DNA of 25,260 nucleotides from a virus (lineage: Duplodnaviria > Caudoviricetes), in the IMG/VR virus record IMGVR_UViG_3300010376_000126, positions 1-25,260 of that record; one strand, 5' to 3'. Below are positions 7,632 to 16,426 of the stretch, piece by piece. Made by a program: the position numbers and the translations under genes. Position 1 is the first letter of the stretch. Each line of letters opens with the position of its first letter. Under the pieces are notes generated by a model. It saw nothing but the letters and a program-made list of their open reading frames with translations. It did not search any database and had not been told where the DNA came from.

Positions 7632-10094
7632 CTAGAACTCCTGATCGTATTGCTGGATCGCCTGACCGATTTCGAGCTCTTCCTGCGGCGTCATCTTTCC
7701 CTCGTGGATCCGCCGCAGGAATTCATCGCGCGCGTCATCGAGCTCCTTCTTCGTCTTGGGATGTTTGCCGAATAGCGGCGGCAGCTCGGTCGTCGGCGGA
7801 CGATGCGGCGCCGCACTCTCGATGGGCCGTGGCGCGCCCTTGGGCCCGAGCACGCTGCGATAATCCTCGAGCAGCGACTTCTGCTGCTTGTAGACGTCGT
7901 CGCCGTAAGCGGCACGCGCCGCCGGCAGGTTCTGCTCGGCCTGCTGCAGATCGTAGGCGTTGCGCGGCGACTTGCCATTCCACATCGGCGGCAGCTCGTC
8001 GATGGTCTTTGGCTTGACGTCGATCACGGGCCGGCCGGGTGCGATGATGTCGGAGTAGGCTCCGATGGCGGCGCGGCGCCTGTTGTATTCGTCGTTCGAG
8101 ATCATGCCGGAGTTGTGGAGGATCTCGTTGCCGGTATTGGCAGCATTGAGCTCGCGCTGCGACCGCGGCCGGGTGCCGCCTGCGAGCGGCGGCAGATGGG
8201 CGACTGCTCCAGCTGGTACCATCGGTGGCCCGAGCTGTGGCGGAGCGACATCGACCTTCGGTTTCGGTGCTGGTGCGGGCGCATTGTGCGGCACCGGTCC
8301 TCCTTGCGGCGCGGGTGCAGCTGCCGCGGGGCGGGGCGCTGGCGTGGGCGCGGCGGGCTGCGGCGTCGGCGGCGGCGCGGGCGTCGGCGGCGGCTTGGGC
8401 ACTGCCGCAGGCTGCGGCCGGGGCGATGGCGTTGGCGTGGGCGTGGGCTGAGGCGTCGGCGGCGCCGCAGGCGCGGACGGTGGCGATGGCGTGGGCGATG
8501 GCGCAGCCGCAGGCGGTGGCCTTGGCGGCACTGGACGCGGCGCCGGCCGACCGCCCTTCTGCGGGACCGGAGCCATGGCATCGTACATCTGGAGCTTCTT
8601 GAATTCCGCATCGACCGTCGCCTGATCGAGCCCGGCCTGCTTGCGGATCAGGAGATTGTGCGCTTCCGCCTCGACATCCTCGTGCGTCCGCGGGCGGGCG
8701 CCATCCATCAAAGGCGGCAACCACTTGGGATCGACCCCGCGGTCGTAGCGCGACATGATATCGTTGAGCGTGTCGGTCGGATCCTTGTGCTCGCGGAAAA
8801 CCTTCTCGCTATATTCGCCGACCGCGTCGCTGTACTTCTGTGCCCACACCGTGCTCGCACCGCCGCTCATCGCCCGCTCTTGGGTGACCTTCACACGGAG
8901 CTCGTTCTCGAGCACATTCATCATCTGGCGCTGCATCGCCGTGCCCTTGTCGCCATGGGCGTTGGCATAGGTCGACATCTGGTACCAAGTGCTCTGGGCA
9001 ATGCTGTGATCGTCATTGCGCCACATGTCGATGTCGCGCTGCGTCGCGGTGCCGTCGATCACTTCCTTCCACTTGTCGGGCAGCAGCGTGCTGTTGTCGT
9101 GGCCGCGGTCGAACGCATTCTGTGCCGAGCGGATGACATTGATGCCGGCGGCGGTGATCGAACCCTGCTCGTAGAGCGCCTGCAATGCGGTTTCGTCGAT
9201 GCGGGTTTTTCCCTCGCGCACGTCGAACGACAGCTTGACCGCATTGTCCAGCGCCCACTTGTCGTGAGCCCGATCGGCCAGCATCGTCGCGCGGTTGGCG
9301 CGTTCGATCTGCAGCGACATCGAGCTGTTGTAGAGCACCGTGGCGCGCTGGATCAGCGTCTCGCGCTGGTCCATGCTCATGTTGGGAAGGTTGTGCTCGT
9401 CCTTCAGGAAATTGACGGCCTTGATCCCTTCCTGCGGATTGCGCTCGATCCGCTCCTCGTTGATCAACGCACGACCTGCCACATAGTCGATATCGCCCTT
9501 GAACTTGATGACGCGATCCGCTGCCTCCTCCGGCGTCAGCCATCCGACCTCGCCGGCGTTCTTGAGCGCATTGACGTGCATGTCGGTGAGCTGCTTCTTG
9601 ATGAAGGGATTGGTGGTCGCCGCAATCTGGTTCGAGAGTGTCACCCCTTCCTGATCGAGATCGCCAGCATGCTTGCTGCCCTCGAGCGCGAAGGCCGCAT
9701 GACCGACATCGAGGGCGCGCTGCGTCGACTGGTTGTTGAACTCGTTGGTCAGATACTCGCGCTCGAGATCGTCGGGCACATCCTTGAGCAGGCCCTGTCC
9801 GATCTGCGCCGCCTCCGCGTTGAAGCCGGCGAGCGCTTTCTGCCGGTCTGGGATCTTGCTCCAGCGGAATTCGGCGTCGCCCAGCATCTGCGTGCGTTCC
9901 GCCATCTTGGCGGACGCATCGGCCGTGCGCCGCGCATTCTGGTAGCGCTGGTTGAATTCGGCCATCGTCCCTTCAAGGTGCTGGCCGGCTTGCGACAGCG
10001 CCGCGCCAGCGGCGCCCATCGCCTCGGCCGACGCCTCGGGCATCGGCGTCATGTGGACGTCGGGCGCAGCATCGAAGGTTGGAATGTCAGGCAT
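7632..10094 (-). CDS. Internal virion/ejection protein, 820 aa (T7 gp15-like position), with Pro-rich linker and C-terminal repeats
   Basis: MPDIPTF-type N-terminus followed by an Ala/Gly-rich helix, typical for this slot in podoviruses; synteny; SD GGAG. Confidence 0.8.
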   Translation of the reverse strand: MPDIPTFDAAPDVHMTPMPEASAEAMGAAGAALSQAGQHLEGTMAEFNQRYQNARRTADASAKMAERTQMLGDAEFRWSKIPDRQKALAGFNAEAAQIGQGLLKDVPDDLEREYLTNEFNNQSTQRALDVGHAAFALEGSKHAGDLDQEGVTLSNQIAATTNPFIKKQLTDMHVNALKNAGEVGWLTPEEAADRVIKFKGDIDYVAGRALINEERIERNPQEGIKAVNFLKDEHNLPNMSMDQRETLIQRATVLYNSSMSLQIERANRATMLADRAHDKWALDNAVKLSFDVREGKTRIDETALQALYEQGSITAAGINVIRSAQNAFDRGHDNSTLLPDKWKEVIDGTATQRDIDMWRNDDHSIAQSTWYQMSTYANAHGDKGTAMQRQMMNVLENELRVKVTQERAMSGGASTVWAQKYSDAVGEYSEKVFREHKDPTDTLNDIMSRYDRGVDPKWLPPLMDGARPRTHEDVEAEAHNLLIRKQAGLDQATVDAEFKKLQMYDAMAPVPQKGGRPAPRPVPPRPPPAAAPSPTPSPPSAPAAPPTPQPTPTPTPSPRPQPAAVPKPPPTPAPPPTPQPAAPTPAPRPAAAAPAPQGGPVPHNAPAPAPKPKVDVAPPQLGPPMVPAGAVAHLPPLAGGTRPRSQRELNAANTGNEILHNSGMISNDEYNRRRAAIGAYSDIIAPGRPVIDVKPKTIDELPPMWNGKSPRNAYDLQQAEQNLPAARAAYGDDVYKQQKSLLEDYRSVLGPKGAPRPIESAAPHRPPTTELPPLFGKHPKTKKELDDARDEFLRRIHEGKMTPQEELEIGQAIQQYDQEF

Positions 10095-10097
10095 CGC

Positions 10098-10685
10098 CTA
10101 GCTCCACGGCCACGGGCTCTCCGGCGGGATCGACAGCGAGACCGGCTTGGGTATCAGGTCGCCGAAATCGATGTTGCGGCCCATCGAGCCGACACCGGAA
10201 ATGTTGCCGCCAATCCCCGGGATCGTCGTGGTATCGCCGCCGCCGATGAACATGCCGCCCGCAGCGGAGGCGAGTGAGCCCAAGAGCGTGCCGCCGGCAC
10301 TGATATACGAGCCGGTGCGCGCTTGCGTCGCCTGCGCGTGATAGATGTCGGCTTGGCGTTGCTGCGACAGCGCCTCGAGGCGCCCCTGATAGAGCTGCTG
10401 TTGCCGGATGATCTGGCCCTTGCGCGCGGTGTCGGCCGCGAGCCACAACGACGGTCGCACACCCGCCTTGCCAAATCCCGCTGCCTGCGCCCCGGCCACC
10501 TGCGCCACCTGCTGCTCGGTACCGTAGGCTTTCATGTACGACTGCTGCCGCGCGACCTCGGCTTGCTGGCGCGCGACGTTGGCGTTGTACTGGTAGGCAC
10601 TGGCGCGACCGGCGCCCTGCGCGATTTCACCGGCTGCGTTCACCACTCCTGCCGCCACCTGCAGCGGCGCCGCAAATTGGCCCAT
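10098..10685 (-). CDS. Internal virion protein, 195 aa (T7 gp14-like)
   Basis: Start MGQFAAP at 10685 in TGATG overlap with the upstream stop (ORF-track start at 10793 is too early). A/G/Q-rich with YNA.VA.QQA and Q.AGFGKAGV motifs. Confidence 0.8.
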   Translation of the reverse strand: MGQFAAPLQVAAGVVNAAGEIAQGAGRASAYQYNANVARQQAEVARQQSYMKAYGTEQQVAQVAGAQAAGFGKAGVRPSLWLAADTARKGQIIRQQQLYQGRLEALSQQRQADIYHAQATQARTGSYISAGGTLLGSLASAAGGMFIGGGDTTTIPGIGGNISGVGSMGRNIDFGDLIPKPVSLSIPPESPWPWS

Positions 10686-11137
10686 CAGCGTCTCACCCTT
10701 GCAAAGCACCAGTAGTCGCGCCCGGCGGCATCCCATGCTTGATGGAGACCCTCGCACTCGAACCCGAGCGCATGCGCGAAGGAGTGGCTCCATCTCTCGC
10801 CGCTGCGCACGAACATCTGCACCCGGCGAAACTGCGGATCGCGCTGGCGCAGGTCGAGAAAGCGGCAGGCGAAGCGCGCCGCCGCCACGAGGTGCCGGGG
10901 CCGGGCGACGCGCGAGACAAAGCAGCAGGCCTCAGCGTGGCCGTAGAAATGCGGCATCAGCGCGCCACCAATCGGTACCTCGGCGCCATCGATCATCGCG
11001 TAGGCAAGGCGATGACTTGAGGCCAGCATCATCTTGTCTTCCGTGACATCGAGGCGCGCCATCTCGCCGTGCAGCGGATCGCGCTCCTCTGCGATCAGGC
11101 GCTGCAAAAGATGGTGGTCGAGACGGACGAACCTCAT
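10685..11137 (-). CDS. GNAT-like phage protein, 150 aa (T7 gp13-like position)
   Basis: RRVQMFV...SHSFAHALGFECEG...DYWCFARV is a GNAT-like C-terminal pattern; lies between the nozzle and the ejection genes. Confidence 0.75.
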   Translation of the reverse strand: MRFVRLDHHLLQRLIAEERDPLHGEMARLDVTEDKMMLASSHRLAYAMIDGAEVPIGGALMPHFYGHAEACCFVSRVARPRHLVAAARFACRFLDLRQRDPQFRRVQMFVRSGERWSHSFAHALGFECEGLHQAWDAAGRDYWCFARVRR

Positions 11138-13947
11138 GGCTGCGGCATCTCCGCGACTTCACCGCGCGCGAACACGCTTAGCACCGTCATTGGCGCTGCG
11201 CCTGCGCGGGTGAAAATGATCTGGCCCTCGAGGTCGTAATCCTGCGTCGGCTCGAGCACGTAGATGCCGCTGTTAAGCGGCGGTGCATTGTCCATCGCGT
11301 CGACGCCCTGCCGGTCCTCCATCGGCGTCAGCTTGTCGGCGACATCGCGCGTCCAGCTGTCGGTCGTGCGCCGGCCATAGAGCGCTCCGCGCGTCTTGTA
11401 GAAACGGGCATAGAGCCGGTCGATATCCTTCATCTTGCCTTGCGTCGCAGCACCCGCCGCACGCGACGGCTCCCATGGCATGCTGATGAGCACCGGCTGC
11501 GACAGCAGACCGGCGGTCAGCATGCTCACCTTCTGGCCATCGGGGATCGTGACCGTGCCGCCGCTGACCGTCGCCCAACCGAGATCGGCGCCGTCGCCGT
11601 AGAGCCAGACTTGCTGGTTCTCGAGATGATTGAGCCCGGTGAAGGTCGCCTGCGGCGTTGCAATCGTCCACGCGCCTTGTGGCACCAGCTGTACCGACTT
11701 CGCCGGTCGCAAAACATTTCCGCTCGCCGAATGTCCATCCGTCGACACCGATGTCAGCTGAAATAGTCCTCCATTGGCCCGCACCATGTCGCCAACCGCC
11801 CACGTCTGTGCCGCATCACTGTTGATGTCGATGCGCGAGCTGGTGAAGCTCGGCAGCTGCGTTGGCGGGTTCTGGTTGCCCAAATTCCATAGCCACAAAT
11901 TGCCGTTGCCGAAATGCGGCCCGCCGGTCAGACCGCAGTCGACGAAGAAGGCGTCTTCGATCTCGCCGCTGTCGAAATAGGACCGCAGCACTTCGATGGT
12001 CCGGAGCGCCGTCCACACATATGTGGTGGGGTTCATCGAGGTTCGTACCACCTCGAGCCAGAGCTCATCGTAAGTGCCGTCAGGCGAGGGAATGATCGCC
12101 ATGCTCTCGACCATCGCCGGGCCCAAGTAGTAGGCGCCGCCCAGCTGATGCACCGCGGGTGCAAAAACCTCCTGATCCTTGTCATAGGTGAAGCTGACCA
12201 GCGCACCATCCGTGCGCCGGCACCACACCACCTGATAGGGCGCCTGCTGATAGCAGAGATCGTACAGTCCCGAGCCCCAGCCGCTGCCCTCCGACGCCCG
12301 GCTGATGTCCTCGCTGAACTGCAGCTTGTCGGGACCAACGTAACCTTGCGCCTGCCAGAAGAATGACCATTCGCGCAGCTTGCGACCGCTGCGGTCGACA
12401 AACAGTACCGACTTGCCGATCCGCAGCGGATTGGTCACCGCTTCGCTGCCATAGGTACTCTCCTGATAGGACTGCACCGAGGTCTGCGACAGAGCTTCCG
12501 AGGCAGACGAGGCCTGCAGGATGTGCTCGCTGCCGGCGGTGCCGATGCCGAGCTGCATCGACTGTGCGCTGCCGGCGCCGATCATCCAGCTGATCGCATT
12601 GACCTGATCCTCCTCGATGTTCCAGTCGATGGAGCTCGAGGCCAGCACCGTGCCGTCCGCTTTCGAGGGTGCAAAATTGGTGAAGTCGCCGGGCTGCGAT
12701 CCGACGACGCGCGACGGGAAGCCCGGAAAGCCGCCGAACATGAGCCGCTCCTGCCAGAACCGGACGGTGAAGGGATAGCCGTTGTTGCCGCCCCATTGGC
12801 CGAGCGCCCAGTTGAGCGTCTTCGTCGGAAAAACGAAGGGCGGGATGAAGGCCCACAGCACGGTGCCGTCGACCTGTGTCGCGGCTCCGCCGGCCACCGG
12901 AATCGCGGCCGTCGAGCTGTCGGTCTTGCCGCCGATCACCGCTTGGAAATAGTCCATGGTCGGCGAGTTGACGATGTCGTTGACGTCGTACTGGGTGGTG
13001 CGTGCGATCTTGGTCGAATTGCGCGCGCCAATCGCCGACCAGATCACCGAGCCGTCGAGGATCGAGCTTCCGAGGCCCTGCGGGCCGTTGCCGCTGGTCG
13101 CCGAGGTGCCGCCGGAAACCGCAACGTAATAGCTCAGCAAACCCGGCACCTGCGCGCCGCCGGCAGGCTGGCCGACGATGGCGTTGGTCTCGTACTTCGT
13201 ATTCGGTTGCCACTGTACGCCATCGAGACCGGCCTGCGCCCCGTCATGCACCAGACCCTGCACCGTCGCGCTCACCACGGTCGCCGACGTCACCCCGGTG
13301 ATCTTGCACCAGCCCCAGTTGCCATACCATTTCACGCGGACGACACGGCCGATATCGGCTGACGAGAACCCGGCGCCATTGTTGATGTTGATCGTATTCG
13401 TCCATGTCAGCGTGATGTTGCCGGTGGTGCCGCTTGGCGTGACGTAGTTCGTGCTGTCGGTATTGATGTCGAGATAGGGCCCGTCGCGGAATTGCATCAC
13501 CGAATAGGTCCAGCTGGTGTGCGAGCTCCGCGTCAGCGTGGCCGGCGGATAGGACGGATGAACGATGAAGAGCGTGTCGGCGCTCTGCGTGTATTTGAGC
13601 TTGGCGAGATCCGCGCTGGTGTAGGGCACCGCGATATCGACCGGCACGCCGCCCGACAGCACCACGCCATCGTTCATGTAGACGCGCACATAGCCGTTGG
13701 AGAACACCAGCATGTAGGCTTGGATCGTCGAGAAAATGAACGGCACAAGTCGTGACGGATTGTTCTGATCGCGCGCCGACGAGATGAACATCGTACCGGG
13801 GCGCGCCGTTATCCCGCCCTGCGGCATCACCACGAAATTCAGGCAGGTGTCGGCCCCATTGTAATAGGCCTTGTGATCGATGCGTCCCTTCATGCGGGGG
13901 CTGAGCTGGCCGGCGGTGAAGTTGGTGATGTCGATATCGCTGCGCAT
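11134..13947 (-). CDS. Tail tubular protein B / nozzle, 937 aa (T7 gp12-like)
   Basis: N-terminal TNFTAGQLSPRMKGR...NFVVMPQGGITARPGT, YTQSADTLFIVHPSYPP and FWQERLMFGG are typical of this family; synteny. Confidence 0.9.
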   Translation of the reverse strand: MRSDIDITNFTAGQLSPRMKGRIDHKAYYNGADTCLNFVVMPQGGITARPGTMFISSARDQNNPSRLVPFIFSTIQAYMLVFSNGYVRVYMNDGVVLSGGVPVDIAVPYTSADLAKLKYTQSADTLFIVHPSYPPATLTRSSHTSWTYSVMQFRDGPYLDINTDSTNYVTPSGTTGNITLTWTNTININNGAGFSSADIGRVVRVKWYGNWGWCKITGVTSATVVSATVQGLVHDGAQAGLDGVQWQPNTKYETNAIVGQPAGGAQVPGLLSYYVAVSGGTSATSGNGPQGLGSSILDGSVIWSAIGARNSTKIARTTQYDVNDIVNSPTMDYFQAVIGGKTDSSTAAIPVAGGAATQVDGTVLWAFIPPFVFPTKTLNWALGQWGGNNGYPFTVRFWQERLMFGGFPGFPSRVVGSQPGDFTNFAPSKADGTVLASSSIDWNIEEDQVNAISWMIGAGSAQSMQLGIGTAGSEHILQASSASEALSQTSVQSYQESTYGSEAVTNPLRIGKSVLFVDRSGRKLREWSFFWQAQGYVGPDKLQFSEDISRASEGSGWGSGLYDLCYQQAPYQVVWCRRTDGALVSFTYDKDQEVFAPAVHQLGGAYYLGPAMVESMAIIPSPDGTYDELWLEVVRTSMNPTTYVWTALRTIEVLRSYFDSGEIEDAFFVDCGLTGGPHFGNGNLWLWNLGNQNPPTQLPSFTSSRIDINSDAAQTWAVGDMVRANGGLFQLTSVSTDGHSASGNVLRPAKSVQLVPQGAWTIATPQATFTGLNHLENQQVWLYGDGADLGWATVSGGTVTIPDGQKVSMLTAGLLSQPVLISMPWEPSRAAGAATQGKMKDIDRLYARFYKTRGALYGRRTTDSWTRDVADKLTPMEDRQGVDAMDNAPPLNSGIYVLEPTQDYDLEGQIIFTRAGAAPMTVLSVFARGEVAEMPQP

Positions 13948-14526
13948 CTACCACCGCGCGCGCAGAAGAATGTCGCCACCCCATTCGGTCGGCAGAGCCT
14001 GTTGCGCGCTTCGCGTCCGGGCCTGCGCCCATGCTTCGCTCAACGCCTGCTTGGCCTCCTCGCGCTTCTTGGTGTCCTGCGTCAGCGCGAGCGCATTCTG
14101 CACAGCGATCTCGAGGCCCAGCACCCGGCAAAAAAGCGGCGGGAAAGATTTCGGATCCGAGACGTCACTGATGTAGTAGATGTTGACCGGCGCACCGGCA
14201 TTCGACAACAGCTGACTGCCGATGATCTCCCACTTATAGGCGATGTCGCTGTCCTCATCGTCAGTGTAGATCGTCAGAAAATCGCCGGGCAGATCGTAGG
14301 CACCGTTGTACCCGAACGGCGGCTGATTGACCGATGCCGGCAGCTGCGCCTGCCGCATCGCGAACCGCCACGGTGCGGCCTCGAGAACTTCGCGCCGGAT
14401 CCGCCCGAACGAATTCAGACAGATGATCGCGCGGCGCTGCGGTGCATTGATGTCGCTGATGAGGTCGACGCCGAGCGCCAACAAGCCGATGTTGCAGATC
14501 GAAACCTGACTGTCGCCAGCCGCCAT
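13948..14526 (-). CDS. Tail tubular protein A / adaptor, 192 aa (T7 gp11-like)
   Basis: SQVSICNIGLLALG...PWRFA...YDLPGDFL...FPPLF signature; immediately upstream of the nozzle gene. Confidence 0.9.
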   Translation of the reverse strand: MAAGDSQVSICNIGLLALGVDLISDINAPQRRAIICLNSFGRIRREVLEAAPWRFAMRQAQLPASVNQPPFGYNGAYDLPGDFLTIYTDDEDSDIAYKWEIIGSQLLSNAGAPVNIYYISDVSDPKSFPPLFCRVLGLEIAVQNALALTQDTKKREEAKQALSEAWAQARTRSAQQALPTEWGGDILLRARW

Positions 14527-14532
14527 GATGCG

Positions 14533-14567
14533 AAGAGGCGCGCGGGCCGAGGGGACGTCCCGCGCGC
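14533..14567 (-). terminator. GC hairpin after the capsid/decoration genes (possible leaky terminator)
   Basis: GCGCGCGGG/CCCGCGCGC 9-bp stem followed by a weak CTCTT tract; position analogous to T7 T-phi. Confidence 0.4.
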
Positions 14568-14580
14568 TCTCCCTCCCTGT

Positions 14581-15285
14581 TCAGATGATGTACTCAAAGA
14601 ACAGACGGAGCCCTCCCGATGCCGGCAGAGCTGCCGCGCCGACCGTCAGAATGATGTCGTCGTACTGACCACCACCCTGATGGCCCGGCTGGTAGCCGGC
14701 CGCTTGGCCGGTCAGGCAGTCATAGCCAACATAGATCGGCACGCCGAGCGAAGCTGCCACACCGAGCGCCTGCGGCGACGTCGCGGTCAGCGTTGCAGCC
14801 GGCGCCCAATAGCCGGCTTGCGAGCTGTCGCTTGGCGATCCGATGGCGATGGTCGCGGTGCCGAGCGACACCGACGACAGCGCCGTGATCCCGATCATGG
14901 TGTAGGGCACAGGAAGCCGCGCCACACCGATCACCGAGCCGGAGGCCTGTGCTGCGAGCGGCACGTTCGCAACCCAGCAATACTGCCCGCCATTCTGCAG
15001 CGACATCAGCAGCTGCTGCGGCATGTTTCCGCCACCGGAGACATTGCCGATCAGCTGCTGCATTTCGGTGCCGAACAGCGTTGCCGGCGTCGCCGCGAGC
15101 TGCGACGGCGCATCCTTGGGACTGAAGCGCGCGATATAGGCCGCGATATCGTGCGGATCGCGGTTCTCGGTCACCACCACAGCCTTGTCGTCCCCGCGAG
15201 GCACGGGATGATCGCCAGCAACCTGAGACGATGCATGGGGATCCGCCGCGTGGGGATCTTTCTCTTTCGTAGTCGTCATGTGCAT
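14581..15285 (-). CDS. Capsid decoration/cement-like protein (~232-234 aa) with N-terminal extension
   Basis: Directly after the major capsid gene; beta-rich C-terminal ~165 aa (ARLP...SLGTATIAIG...LTVGAAALPASG.L). SD spacing favours ATG at 15279. Confidence 0.7.
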   Translation of the reverse strand: MHMTTTKEKDPHAADPHASSQVAGDHPVPRGDDKAVVVTENRDPHDIAAYIARFSPKDAPSQLAATPATLFGTEMQQLIGNVSGGGNMPQQLLMSLQNGGQYCWVANVPLAAQASGSVIGVARLPVPYTMIGITALSSVSLGTATIAIGSPSDSSQAGYWAPAATLTATSPQALGVAASLGVPIYVGYDCLTGQAAGYQPGHQGGGQYDDIILTVGAAALPASGGLRLFFEYII

Positions 15286-15294
15286 TCTCCTTCC

Positions 15295-16212
15295 TTACTG
15301 GCACACGATCTCGACGACCTTGGCCTCCTCGAGCCGGGCGCCGCCAATGCTCTCGTCGCAGTAGACGTACTGCGCGAAGCGCTTGTCGGGCCGAGGTGCC
15401 GATTGCGTCTCGATGTCTCTGTTGATGCCCAAGCCCATGCCCGACTTGCGCCACGCGGGCACGCGCCACTGACCCGATGCGTTCTTCTGCAGCCGCTCCG
15501 AATGGATGAAGCGGAAGCCGACGAACAGGTCGACCTTGCCGTCGTACAACGCGCGCACCGTGTTGTAATCGGCGCTTGTGACTTCCGTTGTCTTCAAGAG
15601 ATCGCCCTTCTGCAGACCACCGACGAGGATGTAGCGCTCTTCTTCCTCATCGCCTTCCGCACGATCCAGCGCCACCGATGCCGAGATCAGTTTTGAGATC
15701 GTGAGCCCGGCTGGCCCCGAGCCGGTGCCGTAGGACCAGTCGGACACCGCAACAACCGTGCCGGGCGGTGCGGTCGGCTGGCTTTCGTTGTTGCCGTTGG
15801 GCCACTGCACCGCGTTCGACCCGCTATGGCCGGTGTACGCCGTGCCAAAGAACGCCTGAATGACTTCGTCGTCTTGACCACGACGCATCGCCATGCCGGC
15901 CGCTTTGGCATAGTTTGACTCCGGGTCGATCAGCAGCTTCAGCTTGTCGAGCTTGTCCACCAAGTCGCCCCAGTCATAGTCGTATGGCGCAACCCTACGA
16001 CGCAGGTGCTGGGTGTTCATCATCGGGCTGTCGCTATGGCGCGTCGTCACCTTGCGAGCAGCGGTGGGTGCCATCTGCTCGAGGTAGGCGCTATCGCCTG
16101 TGATCATCTCCTCGATGACTTTGCCGCGGAGGCGTGCCTCCGACTGTTGCGCGAGGTGCCGCACATTACTTCCGAACTGCTGCACCATCGCATCCGTGAC
16201 CGAAAAACTCAT
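15295..16212 (-). CDS. Major capsid protein, 305 aa
   Basis: MSFSVTDAMVQQFGSNVRHLAQQ...RHSDSP...D.LKLLIDPESNY...EVTSADYN...GGARLEEAKVVEI matches the capsid family of these podoviruses; downstream of the scaffold gene; SD GGAG. Confidence 0.92.
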   Translation of the reverse strand: MSFSVTDAMVQQFGSNVRHLAQQSEARLRGKVIEEMITGDSAYLEQMAPTAARKVTTRHSDSPMMNTQHLRRRVAPYDYDWGDLVDKLDKLKLLIDPESNYAKAAGMAMRRGQDDEVIQAFFGTAYTGHSGSNAVQWPNGNNESQPTAPPGTVVAVSDWSYGTGSGPAGLTISKLISASVALDRAEGDEEEERYILVGGLQKGDLLKTTEVTSADYNTVRALYDGKVDLFVGFRFIHSERLQKNASGQWRVPAWRKSGMGLGINRDIETQSAPRPDKRFAQYVYCDESIGGARLEEAKVVEIVCQ

Positions 16213-16229
16213 GATGCTCTCCGTCGTTA

Positions 16230-16416
16230 CCGGCGATCTCCAATCGCCGGCTTGTTGAAACGAAGTGCGTGATGACCATCACCACGCACCCATTGGCGGT
16301 GACGGCTGAGCTCCCCGATCCTGTCGCGCTGGCGCGCGACTACATTGGACCCGTGCCTGCGTTTAACGTCCGCTCGACGATGCCTTCAGATCGGACCCTT
16401 GCGAGCTACCCGATCC
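16230..16416 (-). promoter_or_regulatory. Structured leader between scaffold and capsid genes
   Basis: Four hairpins (16389-16415, 16302-16354, 16265-16289, 16230-16250) and a 13/14 direct repeat GGATCGGG(T/G)AGCTC. Confidence 0.55.
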
Positions 16417-16426
16417 TTTAGAATTC

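Noticed and set aside
8200-8575. GGCGTCGGC/GGCGTGGGC repeats as CRISPR or VNTR
   Set aside because: Explained by Pro-Thr/Pro-Ala codons in the ejection-protein linker; no constant repeat-spacer structure.
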